This document shows positions 46,820 through 56,489 of a stretch of 64,000 nt of DNA, in pieces (position 1 is the first letter of the stretch; each line of letters opens with the position of its first letter). The notes under the pieces are model-generated. The model was given only the letters and a program-made list of their open reading frames with translations, searched no databases and had not been told where the DNA came from. This DNA is from a virus. Both the position numbers and the translations under genes were made by a program. The DNA lies in IMG/VR virus record IMGVR_UViG_3300037487_001316, positions 32,001 to 96,000 of that record. One strand, given 5' to 3'.

Positions 46820-47986
46820 ATGTCCTGTGATTCAACTACTGGTTTTCCAACATCTGCTCAAATGGAGCAACTTGCTACAAATAACTCAGTAGTATGGGAA
46901 GAAATTTGTAAGATTCAGCAGGCCGTTCTTGCTGCATCTAGCCAGTGTCAACCAGGCGGTGGACAGATGTGTACCACTTTAGGCGGCACAACACCGATGA
47001 CCTTTGTTGCAGGTGTTACTTCAGTAACAGTTGTAGACGGCGGAGCAGAATATTATCAAGATTTCCCGGCAGTTGTATTTGTTCCACCAGTTGGAATTAT
47101 ACCTGCAGCAGATGCATCTGCTACTGTGACAACCAACGGTGGAAATATTTTATCTATTGACATGGTAAGTGGTGGCTCAGGCTACCAGCCGGTGGCAGCA
47201 ACAATGGCAGTAAGTTCGTTGACTGGTGCCGCAGCAGATTTGCGTCCTTTGGTTAATGCTGCCGGTCAGATAGTTGGTATAAATGTTGTTAGTGGTGGAT
47301 TCGGTTATACAATAGCTGATTCTATAACAGCCACTCGTGCTGTATTACCTAATTCGGGTTATACCGATGCTATATTTGTTATTACATCGGTTAGTATTAC
47401 CGGTGAGATTATTGGAATAGTTATATTGAATCCAGGCTCAGGTTATCAACCTAGTGTTACAGAAGTGCAAATTGTATCTTCGTTAAATCCTTCATTACCA
47501 TATCCATTGGGTGGCGGATTTATTGGTACAGTAATGACGGATATAACAGGTGTAATTACTCAAGTTATTATTACTAATATAGGTGCAGGTTATGCGGTTT
47601 TCCCGCCATATCTTGTAATTACTGATCCAGGTACAGGTGCTACAACCTCTGTAACACTTAACGCAGATTCTGTTTCTGCTATTGCTGTAACATCTCCAGG
47701 AACACAATATACATCTTCTGCTATAGGCAATGTATTTAATCCTATCACAGCAACGCTGCCAAATCCACCAGTCGCGCCGGCTATAGTTACTATAAATGTG
47801 GCGAATAATACATATGGTACTGATCCTCTGCTATATTGGCAGGTCTGGGCAGGACTAGCAACAAATAAAGCGATACAAATGCAACTTAATACGGTATTGT
47901 CTTACTTCGCCGGTCTTGGATATACAATTATACTCCAAACAAATCCAAATACAGGTTCTACCCTACAGTGGAAAATCTGCTGGTAA
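46820..47986 (+). CDS. virion structural protein with G.GY repeats
   Basis: Repeated GGSGY/GGFGY/PGSGY/GAGY modules. Confidence 0.7.
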   Translation: MSCDSTTGFPTSAQMEQLATNNSVVWEEICKIQQAVLAASSQCQPGGGQMCTTLGGTTPMTFVAGVTSVTVVDGGAEYYQDFPAVVFVPPVGIIPAADASATVTTNGGNILSIDMVSGGSGYQPVAATMAVSSLTGAAADLRPLVNAAGQIVGINVVSGGFGYTIADSITATRAVLPNSGYTDAIFVITSVSITGEIIGIVILNPGSGYQPSVTEVQIVSSLNPSLPYPLGGGFIGTVMTDITGVITQVIITNIGAGYAVFPPYLVITDPGTGATTSVTLNADSVSAIAVTSPGTQYTSSAIGNVFNPITATLPNPPVAPAIVTINVANNTYGTDPLLYWQVWAGLATNKAIQMQLNTVLSYFAGLGYTIILQTNPNTGSTLQWKICW

Positions 47987-48074
47987 AGCGTTGACTTTGT
48001 GATACTCTTTGTGTTACAATTTTATAACGAATAAATTTTAGTCTTGATAAATAACATAGTAACGGAGATTTGCT

Positions 48075-48824
48075 ATGTATTATGTTTATGAATTAAAGTA
48101 TCCCGCATCAAATATTACTTTTTATGTGGGTAAGGGTAAAGGACGTAGGGCCTCTTACCATACGATGAGAAATAAGAAAGGTTGTTGGACAGATAATAGG
48201 TACAAAGATAATGTTATTAGACAAATTCTTAATACGGGCGTCGACCCCTTGATAGAATATGTATTTTATACGGAAGAAGAAAATATAGCATATAACTTCG
48301 AGGAAATGTTGATAAAAAAATATGGAAGACGGTTATTTGACGAAAAAGGAATATTAACAAATATATGTGAATCGAGTAGGCCACCGCATTCTGTATATAG
48401 CACAGAGCGTAAGGAAAAATATAGAAAACGAATGGTTGGGAATACACTTGCATTAGGAAGAATACAGACAACAGAAGAAAAAGCACAGCGTGGTAATACA
48501 TTGGCGGAGTCTTATAAGACAGGCAAGAGGCAGGTTACTGACAAGATGAGAGAAGCATCAAGAATTACTCATACAGGAAAGATAGTTAGCGAAGAAACAC
48601 GAAAGAAACAATCTATAATAGCAAAGAATAGACCGCCATTGTCTAAAGAGAGTATAGAAAAAAGTAAAAAAACAAAGATAGAAAGGGGTGTATTGCCGCC
48701 AAATAGGAAGAAGATTACTATTGACGGTATTACCTATAATTCGATAAGAGAGGCAGCAGTAAGTTTAGTTATCACCGAATATAAAGCAAAGAATTTATCA
48801 GATGAATATAGTAAAAAAATATAA
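48075..48824 (+). mobile_element. free-standing GIY-YIG-type homing endonuclease with NUMOD-like DNA-binding repeats
   Basis: YYVYEL...FYVGKGKGRR, E..LI..YGR...G.LTN, HTGKIVSEETRKKQS, ITIDGITYNSIREAA. Confidence 0.8.
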
Positions 48825-49467
48825 TTACAAACCTATGACTAGACAGGAAGAGAATGGGTTAAGGAAATATAATACACCGGATGGTAAGAGATTAGTATCT
48901 GTCACAACAATCCTAAGCAAAACACAAGATATGACCCACTTATTAGAGTGGCGTGCTAATGTGGGTGAAAAAGAAGCCACAAGAATTACAACAGAAGCAA
49001 GCGGCCTAGGCTCTGGCATGCACAATAATATAGAAAATTATATATTAGATAAACCTATGTCTGGATCTTTTATGGCGAAGACATTGGCAAATTTAATAAT
49101 TAAGAAAGGTTTATCTAAAGTAAGTGAGGTATGGGGAACAGAAATTTCTTTGTATTCAACAGAATTATATGCCGGAACAACAGATCTTATAGGATTGCAT
49201 GATGGTATACCGTCTATTATGGATTATAAGAATAGTCTGAAGGAAAAGAAAAAGGAATGGATTGAGGGGTATTTTATGCAATTATGTGCTTATGCCCTTT
49301 CTCATAATGAAATGTTTGGCACAGATATTCATCGTGGTGTCATAATGATTGCTACAAGAGAGGCTAAATATCAGGAATTTATAATTGAAGGCGCCGAGTT
49401 TACTCACTACGAAACCCTATGGGCAAATAAGGTATGTGATTATTATAAACGCTTCTATATCAGCTAA
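48802..49467 (+). CDS. PD-(D/E)XK exonuclease
   Basis: RKYNTPDG...SVTTIL, G..MH..IE, YAGTTDLI, IMDYKNS, YFMQL.AYA. Confidence 0.88.
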   Translation: MNIVKKYNYKPMTRQEENGLRKYNTPDGKRLVSVTTILSKTQDMTHLLEWRANVGEKEATRITTEASGLGSGMHNNIENYILDKPMSGSFMAKTLANLIIKKGLSKVSEVWGTEISLYSTELYAGTTDLIGLHDGIPSIMDYKNSLKEKKKEWIEGYFMQLCAYALSHNEMFGTDIHRGVIMIATREAKYQEFIIEGAEFTHYETLWANKVCDYYKRFYIS

Positions 49468-49494
49468 ATACATCACAGAAGAGGATTTATAAGA

Positions 49495-50112
49495 ATGGCA
49501 TCACCAGTAGTAGTTTCAAGAATTCAAAATAGACGCGGTACACAAGATCAATTTAATGCATTATATCCTCTCGGATATACAGGTACAGGTGGATGTGATA
49601 TATTATTATACCCTGATATTTTATTACCAGGTGAATTAGCTCTATGTACTGATTCTCGTAGGATATTTTTAGGTAATGAAAATGGTGAATATGTAGAAAT
49701 TCCCATTGTCTTAGGCGATGGCATTTTTTTACATCCATTAAGGCTTACCTTAATCCCTGCAGCATCCTTTACACAGATACCTGAACTCGATTATCTATCT
49801 ACTCCGTTTTTTACATTATTATATGATTTAACTGATGATACCTTAATGGAAGATTGGAATACAGTTGGTACAAATTTCTCTAAGAACGGTGAATTGAAAA
49901 TTACAGCAATTAATAATGAACCAACTGATGCAAGTCTGACTGATACAGGTACAGAGATAAATTTAACTCCATTATATGATATAAGTTTTAAGGCTGTATA
50001 TAATAATGACCCTTTACCAAATAGCCCACATATCGAAATTTGGTATACACATAATTTTCCTACGAATCTAACATTCAGCACAAGTACAATTAGCTGGATA
50101 TCATTCTCTTAA
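49495..50112 (+). CDS. virion protein with Mtd-N-like RIQ.RRG...GEL motif
   Basis: SRIQNRRGT, LLPGELALCTDSRRIFLGN. Confidence 0.65.
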   Translation: MASPVVVSRIQNRRGTQDQFNALYPLGYTGTGGCDILLYPDILLPGELALCTDSRRIFLGNENGEYVEIPIVLGDGIFLHPLRLTLIPAASFTQIPELDYLSTPFFTLLYDLTDDTLMEDWNTVGTNFSKNGELKITAINNEPTDASLTDTGTEINLTPLYDISFKAVYNNDPLPNSPHIEIWYTHNFPTNLTFSTSTISWISFS

Positions 50113-50121
50113 TATAAACAT

Positions 50122-50559
50122 ATGAGTTGGAATACAATTCCTAATGACGAGCGGCTCCACCTCTGGAAAAAATTAAGAGATGATGTTCGCCTACTTCCTT
50201 TGACAGAACAATTAACTGAGATTGCTAAATTCTGTTCTAAAATGCCATTTGGCTCCCGAACCCTAGACTATTATAGTCCCGAAGATTGGCCCACACCGTG
50301 GGAAATATTATTCCACGGTTCTTTCTGCACAAGCTCTATTAGTCTGCTAATATTTTATACATTAACACTTCAAAACCCCTCTACAGACGTAGAATTACAG
50401 CTAGTCGAGGATGATGACGGGCTGTATTTATTGCCGATTATAAATGACCAGTTTGTCTTGAATTATGAGCTGGGCGCGGTAAATAATTACTCAGAAATTC
50501 AAAATAACTTTAAAGTATTACAAAAATATACCAAAGAAGAGATTAAAAATATAACTTAA
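50122..50559 (+). CDS. conserved phage hypothetical protein
   Basis: ERL..WK..R, WPTPWEIL, VLNY. Confidence 0.65.
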   Translation: MSWNTIPNDERLHLWKKLRDDVRLLPLTEQLTEIAKFCSKMPFGSRTLDYYSPEDWPTPWEILFHGSFCTSSISLLIFYTLTLQNPSTDVELQLVEDDDGLYLLPIINDQFVLNYELGAVNNYSEIQNNFKVLQKYTKEEIKNIT

Positions 50560-50613
50560 GAAGATTACATTAACGGCCCGTTCATGGGTCGTTATACATT
50601 TCCCGGAGAAAAA

Positions 50614-52503
50614 ATGCTATACGAAACCTACATCGCTAAATCCAGATATGCCCGCTACATTGATGCTAAGAAGCGTCGAGAGAATTGGGATGAAACTGTT
50701 GAGCGTTATTTTGATTTTTTAGAAAATCATTTACAACAGAAACATAATTACGAATTATCTGAATCGATGAGAGCAGAATTGCAGAGTGCCGTTACAAATT
50801 TCGAAGTTATGCCTTCTATGCGAGCATTAATGACTGCAGGTAGGGCATTAGAACGTGATAATACAGCTGGTTATAATTGTTCTTATTTGCCAATTGATGA
50901 TCCGAAAGCGTTTGATGAAGCAATGTTTATTTTATTGTGTGGCACCGGAGTAGGTTTTAGTGTAGAAAGACAATATATAGCAAAATTACCCGAAGTACCT
51001 GAAAAGATTTTCGATAGTGAATCAACAATTGTTGTATCTGATAGTAAAGAGGGTTGGGCTAAATCGCTGCGCCAGGTTATTGCAATGTTATATTCCGGTG
51101 AAGCACCGAGATGGGACGTAAGCAAGGTTCGTGCAGCAGGCGCTAGACTAAAGACCTTCGGCGGAAGAGCATCGGGCCCTGAACCTTTGGTAGAATTATT
51201 TAAATTTGTGGTAAAAGTATTTAAGAATGCTCAAGGCCGTAAATTAAACAGTATCGAATGTCACGATATTATGTGTAAGGTGGGCGAAGTGGTTGTAGTT
51301 GGTGGAGTTCGTCGTTCCGCTATGATCTCTTTGTCCAACCTTTCTGATGATCGTATGCGTAATGCTAAGACAGGTTCGTGGTGGGAGACACAAGGACAAC
51401 GTGCTTTGGCTAATAATAGTGCATGCCACACAGAAAGACCCGACGTTGGTATCTTTATGAAAGAATGGTCTTCACTTTATGAGTCAAAATCAGGTGAACG
51501 CGGTATCTTTAATAGAGAAGCAGCCAAAAATATTGTTAAGATGAATGGTCGTCGTAGTCCTGACTTTGAATTCGGTACTAATCCTTGTGCAGAAATTATT
51601 TTACGTCCTTATCAATTCTGTAATTTGACTGAAATAATTGTTCGTGCAACAGATACATTAGAAGATTTGCTAAGAAAAGCTCGTATTGCAACAATAATGG
51701 GCACATTTCAGTCAACAATGACACATTTTCCGTATTTACGTAAGATATGGAGAGATAATACAGAGCAAGAACGCTTACTTGGTGTGTCAATGACAGGTAT
51801 TCTTGATAATCACTTACTTAATAACCCCACTGACGACGGATTACCTGCTCGTCTCGAGGCATTAAAGACTCTTACTATAGATACAAATGCAGAATTAGCG
51901 GCTATTTTAGGTATTCCAGCTTCTGCAGCAATTACAGCGGTAAAACCATCCGGTACGGTATCTCAGTTAACAGATACAGCAAGCGGTATTCATCCACGCC
52001 ATGCTGCTTATTACTATAGACGTATCCGTGGTGATATTAAAGATCCACTTACTAAGGCTATGATGGCAGCAGGTGTACCACACGATCCCGATGTTATGAA
52101 ACCCGGTAGCACCATGGTGTTTACCTTCCCAAAGAAGGCACCAGAAGGTGCAGTTCTCCGTTCTCAACTTGATGCTATCAAGCATTTGAATCTATGGCTT
52201 GTTTATCAGCAACATTATTGTGAGCATAAACCATCTGTAACCATCTCGGTAAGTGAAAGAGAATGGCCAGCAGTTGGTGCATTTGTATGGGATCACTTTG
52301 ACGAGATGTCCGGTGTATCATTCTTGCCATACGACGGCGGCAATTATAAGCAAGCACCTTACGAAGATTGCACACAGGCAGAATTTGAAGCATTATCGGC
52401 TAAGATGCCAAAGAGCATTGATTGGGATGCCATAGTTGAGATGGAAGATAATGTGGAAGGCACACAGATGTTAGCTTGTACAGCTGGTGGCTGCGAAATT
52501 TAA
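50614..52503 (+). CDS. nrdJ: class II (B12-dependent) ribonucleotide reductase
   Basis: MPSMRAL, YNCSY, GTGVGFSVE, TNPCAEI.L...QFCNL, VKPSGTVSQL, C-terminal LACTAGGCEI; no beta subunit adjacent; GGAG SD before ATG 50614. Confidence 0.88.
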   Translation: MLYETYIAKSRYARYIDAKKRRENWDETVERYFDFLENHLQQKHNYELSESMRAELQSAVTNFEVMPSMRALMTAGRALERDNTAGYNCSYLPIDDPKAFDEAMFILLCGTGVGFSVERQYIAKLPEVPEKIFDSESTIVVSDSKEGWAKSLRQVIAMLYSGEAPRWDVSKVRAAGARLKTFGGRASGPEPLVELFKFVVKVFKNAQGRKLNSIECHDIMCKVGEVVVVGGVRRSAMISLSNLSDDRMRNAKTGSWWETQGQRALANNSACHTERPDVGIFMKEWSSLYESKSGERGIFNREAAKNIVKMNGRRSPDFEFGTNPCAEIILRPYQFCNLTEIIVRATDTLEDLLRKARIATIMGTFQSTMTHFPYLRKIWRDNTEQERLLGVSMTGILDNHLLNNPTDDGLPARLEALKTLTIDTNAELAAILGIPASAAITAVKPSGTVSQLTDTASGIHPRHAAYYYRRIRGDIKDPLTKAMMAAGVPHDPDVMKPGSTMVFTFPKKAPEGAVLRSQLDAIKHLNLWLVYQQHYCEHKPSVTISVSEREWPAVGAFVWDHFDEMSGVSFLPYDGGNYKQAPYEDCTQAEFEALSAKMPKSIDWDAIVEMEDNVEGTQMLACTAGGCEI

Positions 52504-52571
52504 TTTTGAGTATTTGTGTTCCTAATACTGTATGTGTATAATTACTAAAAACGTTAATAACAAGGATTAAA

Positions 52572-52883
52572 ATGTTAACACAAAAACAGAAAGACACACC
52601 GTATATAGGCGTATTTAAATTATCCACAGGAGAAGAGGTTATAGCTAGTGTTGTTGAAGAAACATCAGCAGGATATGTAATTAAAAATCCATTATGTATG
52701 GTACCTACACAAAAAGGTTATCAATTTGCACCATTATTGATGATGGCTGATCCAAGTAAACCTGTTACATTAAATGGGTCATTGGTTGTAGCAACTACAC
52801 AACCTGTCACAGAATTAGAGGGCCAGTATGAGAGTCTTACAACTGGAATTGCCCTACCGCAGAAGAGCTCAATCATAACTTAA
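52572..52883 (+). CDS. Sm-like fold phage protein
   Basis: FKLSTGEEVIA...IKNP...Y...TTGI.LP. Confidence 0.65.
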   Translation: MLTQKQKDTPYIGVFKLSTGEEVIASVVEETSAGYVIKNPLCMVPTQKGYQFAPLLMMADPSKPVTLNGSLVVATTQPVTELEGQYESLTTGIALPQKSSIIT

Positions 52884-52897
52884 CACACAAGGAATAT

Positions 52898-53095
52898 ATG
52901 TCAACACGAACTGCTCCAAAGACTCCATACGAAATTAGACTTGATCTACTCGAACTTGCTCGCGATATATTACAATCTCAGCATGATGCCAAAGCTGTGC
53001 TGACAGCCGGAAAAACTGCTCCTACTACAGAAGAAGTTATTACCGAAGCTGAAAAGATGAATGCATTTATCTCCAAGGCAAGCCAATCTCATTAA
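52898..53095 (+). CDS. small hypothetical protein
   Basis: KTPYEIRLDLL.LA...PTTEEVI..AE....FIS. Confidence 0.7.
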   Translation: MSTRTAPKTPYEIRLDLLELARDILQSQHDAKAVLTAGKTAPTTEEVITEAEKMNAFISKASQSH

Positions 53096-53097
53096 AC

Positions 53098-53142
53098 TTG
53101 ACAATCCGGTGTTGATACAATAAAATGTGTCAACACCGGATT
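53098..53142 (+). promoter_or_regulatory. sigma70-like promoter overlapped by a 17-bp inverted repeat
   Basis: TTGACA-17bp-TAAAAT; AATCCGGTGTTGATACA-ataaaa-TGTGTCAACACCGGATT. Confidence 0.6.
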
Positions 53143-53147
53143 CTCTT

Positions 53148-53927
53148 ATGTATAAACGTATCAGTAAAACACTAAAAAGATTTAAATCTTGGATGAAATT
53201 TGATCCGCCGGGATCAATGACATCAAAAGGTTGGCGCCTTTTTGACGAAGAATTTAAAGAAAAGGCACCAATTCGACATTGGTTTAAAACAAGTTTTAAG
53301 AGAGCAGTTATATATCCGGTTATGTGGAAATATAAGGATATCAAATATTGGATTCTATATAGAACAACTCGTCAATACCATAAATTAGATTCAGGATTGA
53401 AGCCGGGATACTACGAAATTGATACTTTAATGTTAAATGTTAATTTTAACATGTTAAAAGATTTTGTTGAAGTAGAACAAGCAATACACACATATTGGTG
53501 GTCAGAGGATAGTAAGGCTGCTAGTTGGTGCGAGAAGCATATGCCTTTTTATTTTAAGTTCTACCCGTTTAGACGACCCGACTTAGGTATAAAGCACCTC
53601 GATTGGGCCGCTACCTTAGATGATCCAAAGTTACCTCCACACGAACGAAGTGATAGACAGGCAGCAGATGCAAGGGAAATTAAAATTCTATATAAATGGT
53701 GGGTAGAAGAAAGACCTGCTCGTAAAGAAATAGAACATACCCCTTATGACGATCAAGGAATGGGTTCTCTAGGTTGTTTTGATGATGACTTTGATAGGGA
53801 GGCCGAAGACTTCAAAACTCATATTGCATCTATGGAGCAAGGTAATAAACAAGAAGAAAATTGGCGTGAAGAAGACACAGCAATGTTGATTAGACTCATT
53901 AAAATTCGTCAAAGCCTATGGACCTAA
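53148..53927 (+). CDS. conserved phage hypothetical protein
   Basis: Trp-rich; LKDFVEVE, EIKILYKWW...RP, MLIRLIKIRQSLWT. Confidence 0.7.
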   Translation: MYKRISKTLKRFKSWMKFDPPGSMTSKGWRLFDEEFKEKAPIRHWFKTSFKRAVIYPVMWKYKDIKYWILYRTTRQYHKLDSGLKPGYYEIDTLMLNVNFNMLKDFVEVEQAIHTYWWSEDSKAASWCEKHMPFYFKFYPFRRPDLGIKHLDWAATLDDPKLPPHERSDRQAADAREIKILYKWWVEERPARKEIEHTPYDDQGMGSLGCFDDDFDREAEDFKTHIASMEQGNKQEENWREEDTAMLIRLIKIRQSLWT

Positions 53928-54295
53928 ATATCCCGCCTGATCTCGAACACGAGATGGAACATGATGCTATAGTAATTTCTTACCTTGAAAATATAGATAT
54001 AGCAAGACAATTTTATGCCGCATTATGTAATATGCGATGGAAGAAAGAAGACAATCGCCCCGAAGATCAACAAATTATAGATAAGTTGAAAGGTGTAGAT
54101 TCAACTGTCTGGTCAGTTAGTTGGAGAGGTTCGGGTGGAATCATTGCGGACATTCGTAATAAACACTATAATACAGCAGAAGACTATATGAGTTTTTATT
54201 GTAGCGGAAATGAAGGGTTTGTTTCCGACTTGGTTAATGAGTGTTTTAAACGAATGGGGTGGAAACAATTTCCATGGGACGATGACTTTCTCTAA
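53918..54295 (+). CDS. conserved phage hypothetical protein
   Basis: YAALCN, WSVSWR.SGGIIAD, DYM.FYCSG.EG.V. Confidence 0.7.
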   Translation: MDLNIPPDLEHEMEHDAIVISYLENIDIARQFYAALCNMRWKKEDNRPEDQQIIDKLKGVDSTVWSVSWRGSGGIIADIRNKHYNTAEDYMSFYCSGNEGFVSDLVNECFKRMGWKQFPWDDDFL

Positions 54296-55064
54296 TTTAG
54301 CAAATCATGTAAGGAATAAATTTGATGGGATGCTGGTATTCGGTGATGTTCATGCCGATTACGAATCCTTTAAGCGTGCCTATGAGTATGCAATCGCCCA
54401 TAATTATTTTCTTATGTCAATCGGGGACTTAGTAGATCGCGGTTCGGGCCCATATCAGGTTGTATCTCGTATGGCCGAATTAGCTGAGGTTGGTAAAGCA
54501 GGACTCACTATCGGGAACCACGATGATAAATTCAATCGTTTCTATAAAGGTGCTAAAGTAAGCTTCTCAGTGGATGCTAAGAATACATTAGCTAATGTAG
54601 GAGCAGAAAAACAGTACGATTTTCTGAAAATGTATTCAACTCTTGTTGAAAGGCCTATGTTTTCTTCAATGTTTCATACATTCGATGACATTACATTAGT
54701 TCATGCTGCGAGTCATGCAAGTATGTGGGATTCTACTATAAAGTTTGGCAGTGAAGCACGTTCACGAGCCTTATATGGTGAAGTAAATGGAAAAATGAAT
54801 GAGAGAGGTTTTCCTATGCGATTCTATAATTGGATAGAGGATATTCCTATGGGTAAGACCGTTGTGGTAGGACACGATTGCTCACCGATCTTCAATGTAG
54901 ATATAACAGAACCCATGGTAAAAACAAATAGCAAAGGTGGCCGCGCAGTTTTTATCGATACTGGTTGTGGTAAACGTGGAATCTTAAGCGGCGTAGTCGT
55001 TACTCACGATAAAAAACATTTTAAGATCGGTGATTTTGTTAAATTTAACGAAAACGCAGAATAA
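54210..55064 (+). CDS. calcineurin-like metallophosphoesterase (PrpE/Pnkp phosphatase-like)
   Basis: GDVH, GDLVDRG, GNHDDK, ALYGE, VVVGH, IDTGC; true start probably downstream of 54210. Confidence 0.88.
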   Translation: MKGLFPTWLMSVLNEWGGNNFHGTMTFSNLANHVRNKFDGMLVFGDVHADYESFKRAYEYAIAHNYFLMSIGDLVDRGSGPYQVVSRMAELAEVGKAGLTIGNHDDKFNRFYKGAKVSFSVDAKNTLANVGAEKQYDFLKMYSTLVERPMFSSMFHTFDDITLVHAASHASMWDSTIKFGSEARSRALYGEVNGKMNERGFPMRFYNWIEDIPMGKTVVVGHDCSPIFNVDITEPMVKTNSKGGRAVFIDTGCGKRGILSGVVVTHDKKHFKIGDFVKFNENAE

Positions 55065-55065
55065 T

Positions 55066-55094
55066 TTGACATCTATGCTGTCGAAGTGTATTAT
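55066..55094 (+). promoter_or_regulatory. sigma70-like promoter
   Basis: TTGACA-17bp-TATTAT. Confidence 0.6.
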
Positions 55095-55147
55095 TACAAC
55101 TGTTGCAGCTATTAGGGCAGTAACAAATTTTTAACCCGGAGAAATTT

Positions 55148-55399
55148 ATGACAACAAACACAAAGAAATTGGTAAAGATTGACAAGACCGTTACGTTTAT
55201 TGCTGTACCTAACAGTAGCCTTATCGTGTCTTATGCCCGCGCAGCTGGCGATTTGGCACTGAAGCTGAAGAATGGTTCTACATACATCTACAAGGGTGTT
55301 GATGAAAAGACATTCAAGGGTTTTGTTGATGCCGCATCCAAGGGCAAGTATTTTGGTGCCAGCATCCGTAACAAGTTCGTTGCTGAACAGGCTGAGTAA
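55148..55399 (+). CDS. KTSC domain protein
   Basis: SSLIVSY...L.LKNG..Y.YKGV....F..F..AASKGKYF...IRNKF. Confidence 0.85.
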   Translation: MTTNTKKLVKIDKTVTFIAVPNSSLIVSYARAAGDLALKLKNGSTYIYKGVDEKTFKGFVDAASKGKYFGASIRNKFVAEQAE

Positions 55400-55441
55400 T
55401 TATTTAATGGATTGTATAGGAAACTATACAATCCTTTTATA

Positions 55442-55873
55442 ATGAACAAAGGCATAATTGGCGTAACAGCCGGCAGTTTCGACTTAACACACGCCGGACA
55501 TTTTCTAATGTTTGAAGAATGTAAAGGTAATTGTGATTATCTAATTGTATTACTTCAAACCAATCCCCACACCGATCGACCAGATAAAAATATTCCTGTA
55601 CAAAGTACACATGAACGGTATCTACAGGTTCGTGCTTGCAAATACATCGATGAGGTTGTGGTTTACGAGACAGAACAAGATCTGTATAATTTACTTTGCT
55701 CAATCAAGTTTGATAAACGATTTATTGGATCAGATTGGCAAGGGAAACCATTTACCGGGCATGATATTACCGGTATGATGGAGAAGGTAGTTTTTAATTC
55801 TAGAAATCATGGATTCTCAACTAGCAGTTTACGAAAAAGAGTATATGAAGCAGAAAATAGCAAACTTATCTAA
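55442..55873 (+). CDS. cytidylyltransferase (TagD-like)
   Basis: AGSFDLTHAGH, LQTNP..DRPDKN.PVQS..ER, IGSDW, RNHGFSTS. Confidence 0.88.
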   Translation: MNKGIIGVTAGSFDLTHAGHFLMFEECKGNCDYLIVLLQTNPHTDRPDKNIPVQSTHERYLQVRACKYIDEVVVYETEQDLYNLLCSIKFDKRFIGSDWQGKPFTGHDITGMMEKVVFNSRNHGFSTSSLRKRVYEAENSKLI

Positions 55874-56117
55874 GTGGAACATTAGCATTGAGTATGGTCC
55901 AGTTGCAGCAGATGTTCATCACATCGTGGTTGATGCTGCAAACTCAGAAGAGGCTTTAATTAAGGCCGAAAAATGGGCCAAAGATAACAATGTAAAGAGT
56001 CCTATGTTTAGCGAACCGTATGAAGATTCATACGACGACTTCTTAGAATGGACACCCGAAGAGGAAGAAGAGTTTCTACTTATAGTTAGTAAATCGACTA
56101 ATATTGACGAAAGTTAA
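55809..56117 (+). CDS. hypothetical protein
   Basis: ORF; start uncertain. Confidence 0.5.
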   Translation: MDSQLAVYEKEYMKQKIANLSKWNISIEYGPVAADVHHIVVDAANSEEALIKAEKWAKDNNVKSPMFSEPYEDSYDDFLEWTPEEEEEFLLIVSKSTNIDES

Positions 56118-56119
56118 TT

Positions 56120-56398
56120 ATGGAATTTTTACGTTTTATTAAGTGGCAATGGAATCGTATAAACAGAGATGATAAAGCATTCTATATATTATTGTTAATA
56201 GCTGTTGCATCGATCGGGTATACCTGGTATATTGGTTCCACATTTATAACAATATTATTGACTGCCTTTGGTATATTTATACTCGGGGTAGCAATATGGT
56301 ATCTATTTATTGCAACAGAAAAACAGTGGAATCTGTATAAGAAGATAAAAGAACAAGAAGTCGAAGAGATTGTTCGTAAACTACGTGGCACCTATTGA
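56120..56398 (+). CDS. two-TM membrane protein
   Basis: Two hydrophobic segments with a charged C-terminus. Confidence 0.65.
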   Translation: MEFLRFIKWQWNRINRDDKAFYILLLIAVASIGYTWYIGSTFITILLTAFGIFILGVAIWYLFIATEKQWNLYKKIKEQEVEEIVRKLRGTY

Positions 56399-56462
56399 CC
56401 TAAACAGTGCCTTTAATTTATAATAAAGGCTAAATAACAATAGTAGAGATAGACTTTACTAT
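56395..56462 (+). promoter_or_regulatory. sigma70-like promoter plus GATAGA-loop leader hairpin
   Basis: TTGACC-18bp-TATAAT; ATAGTAGAG-ATAGA-CTTTACTAT. Confidence 0.55.
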
Positions 56463-56489
56463 ATCATTAAACAACATAGGATTTATGTT

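Noticed and set aside
48802-49467. Cas4 as part of a CRISPR system
   Set aside because: It lacks the four-Cys Fe-S motif and there are no cas genes or array nearby; it looks like an ordinary phage PD-(D/E)XK exonuclease.
49495-50112. Diversity-generating retroelement suggested by the Mtd-N-like motif
   Set aside because: No reverse transcriptase and no template/variable repeat pair in the window; the motif is common in fibre proteins.
23607-52503. Inteins or introns in terminase, UvsX, helicases or RNR
   Set aside because: Lengths are normal, the ORFs are continuous and no intein splice-junction motifs were noticed.
56120-56398. Holin call for the two-TM protein
   Set aside because: No adjacent endolysin or late promoter; topology alone is not enough.
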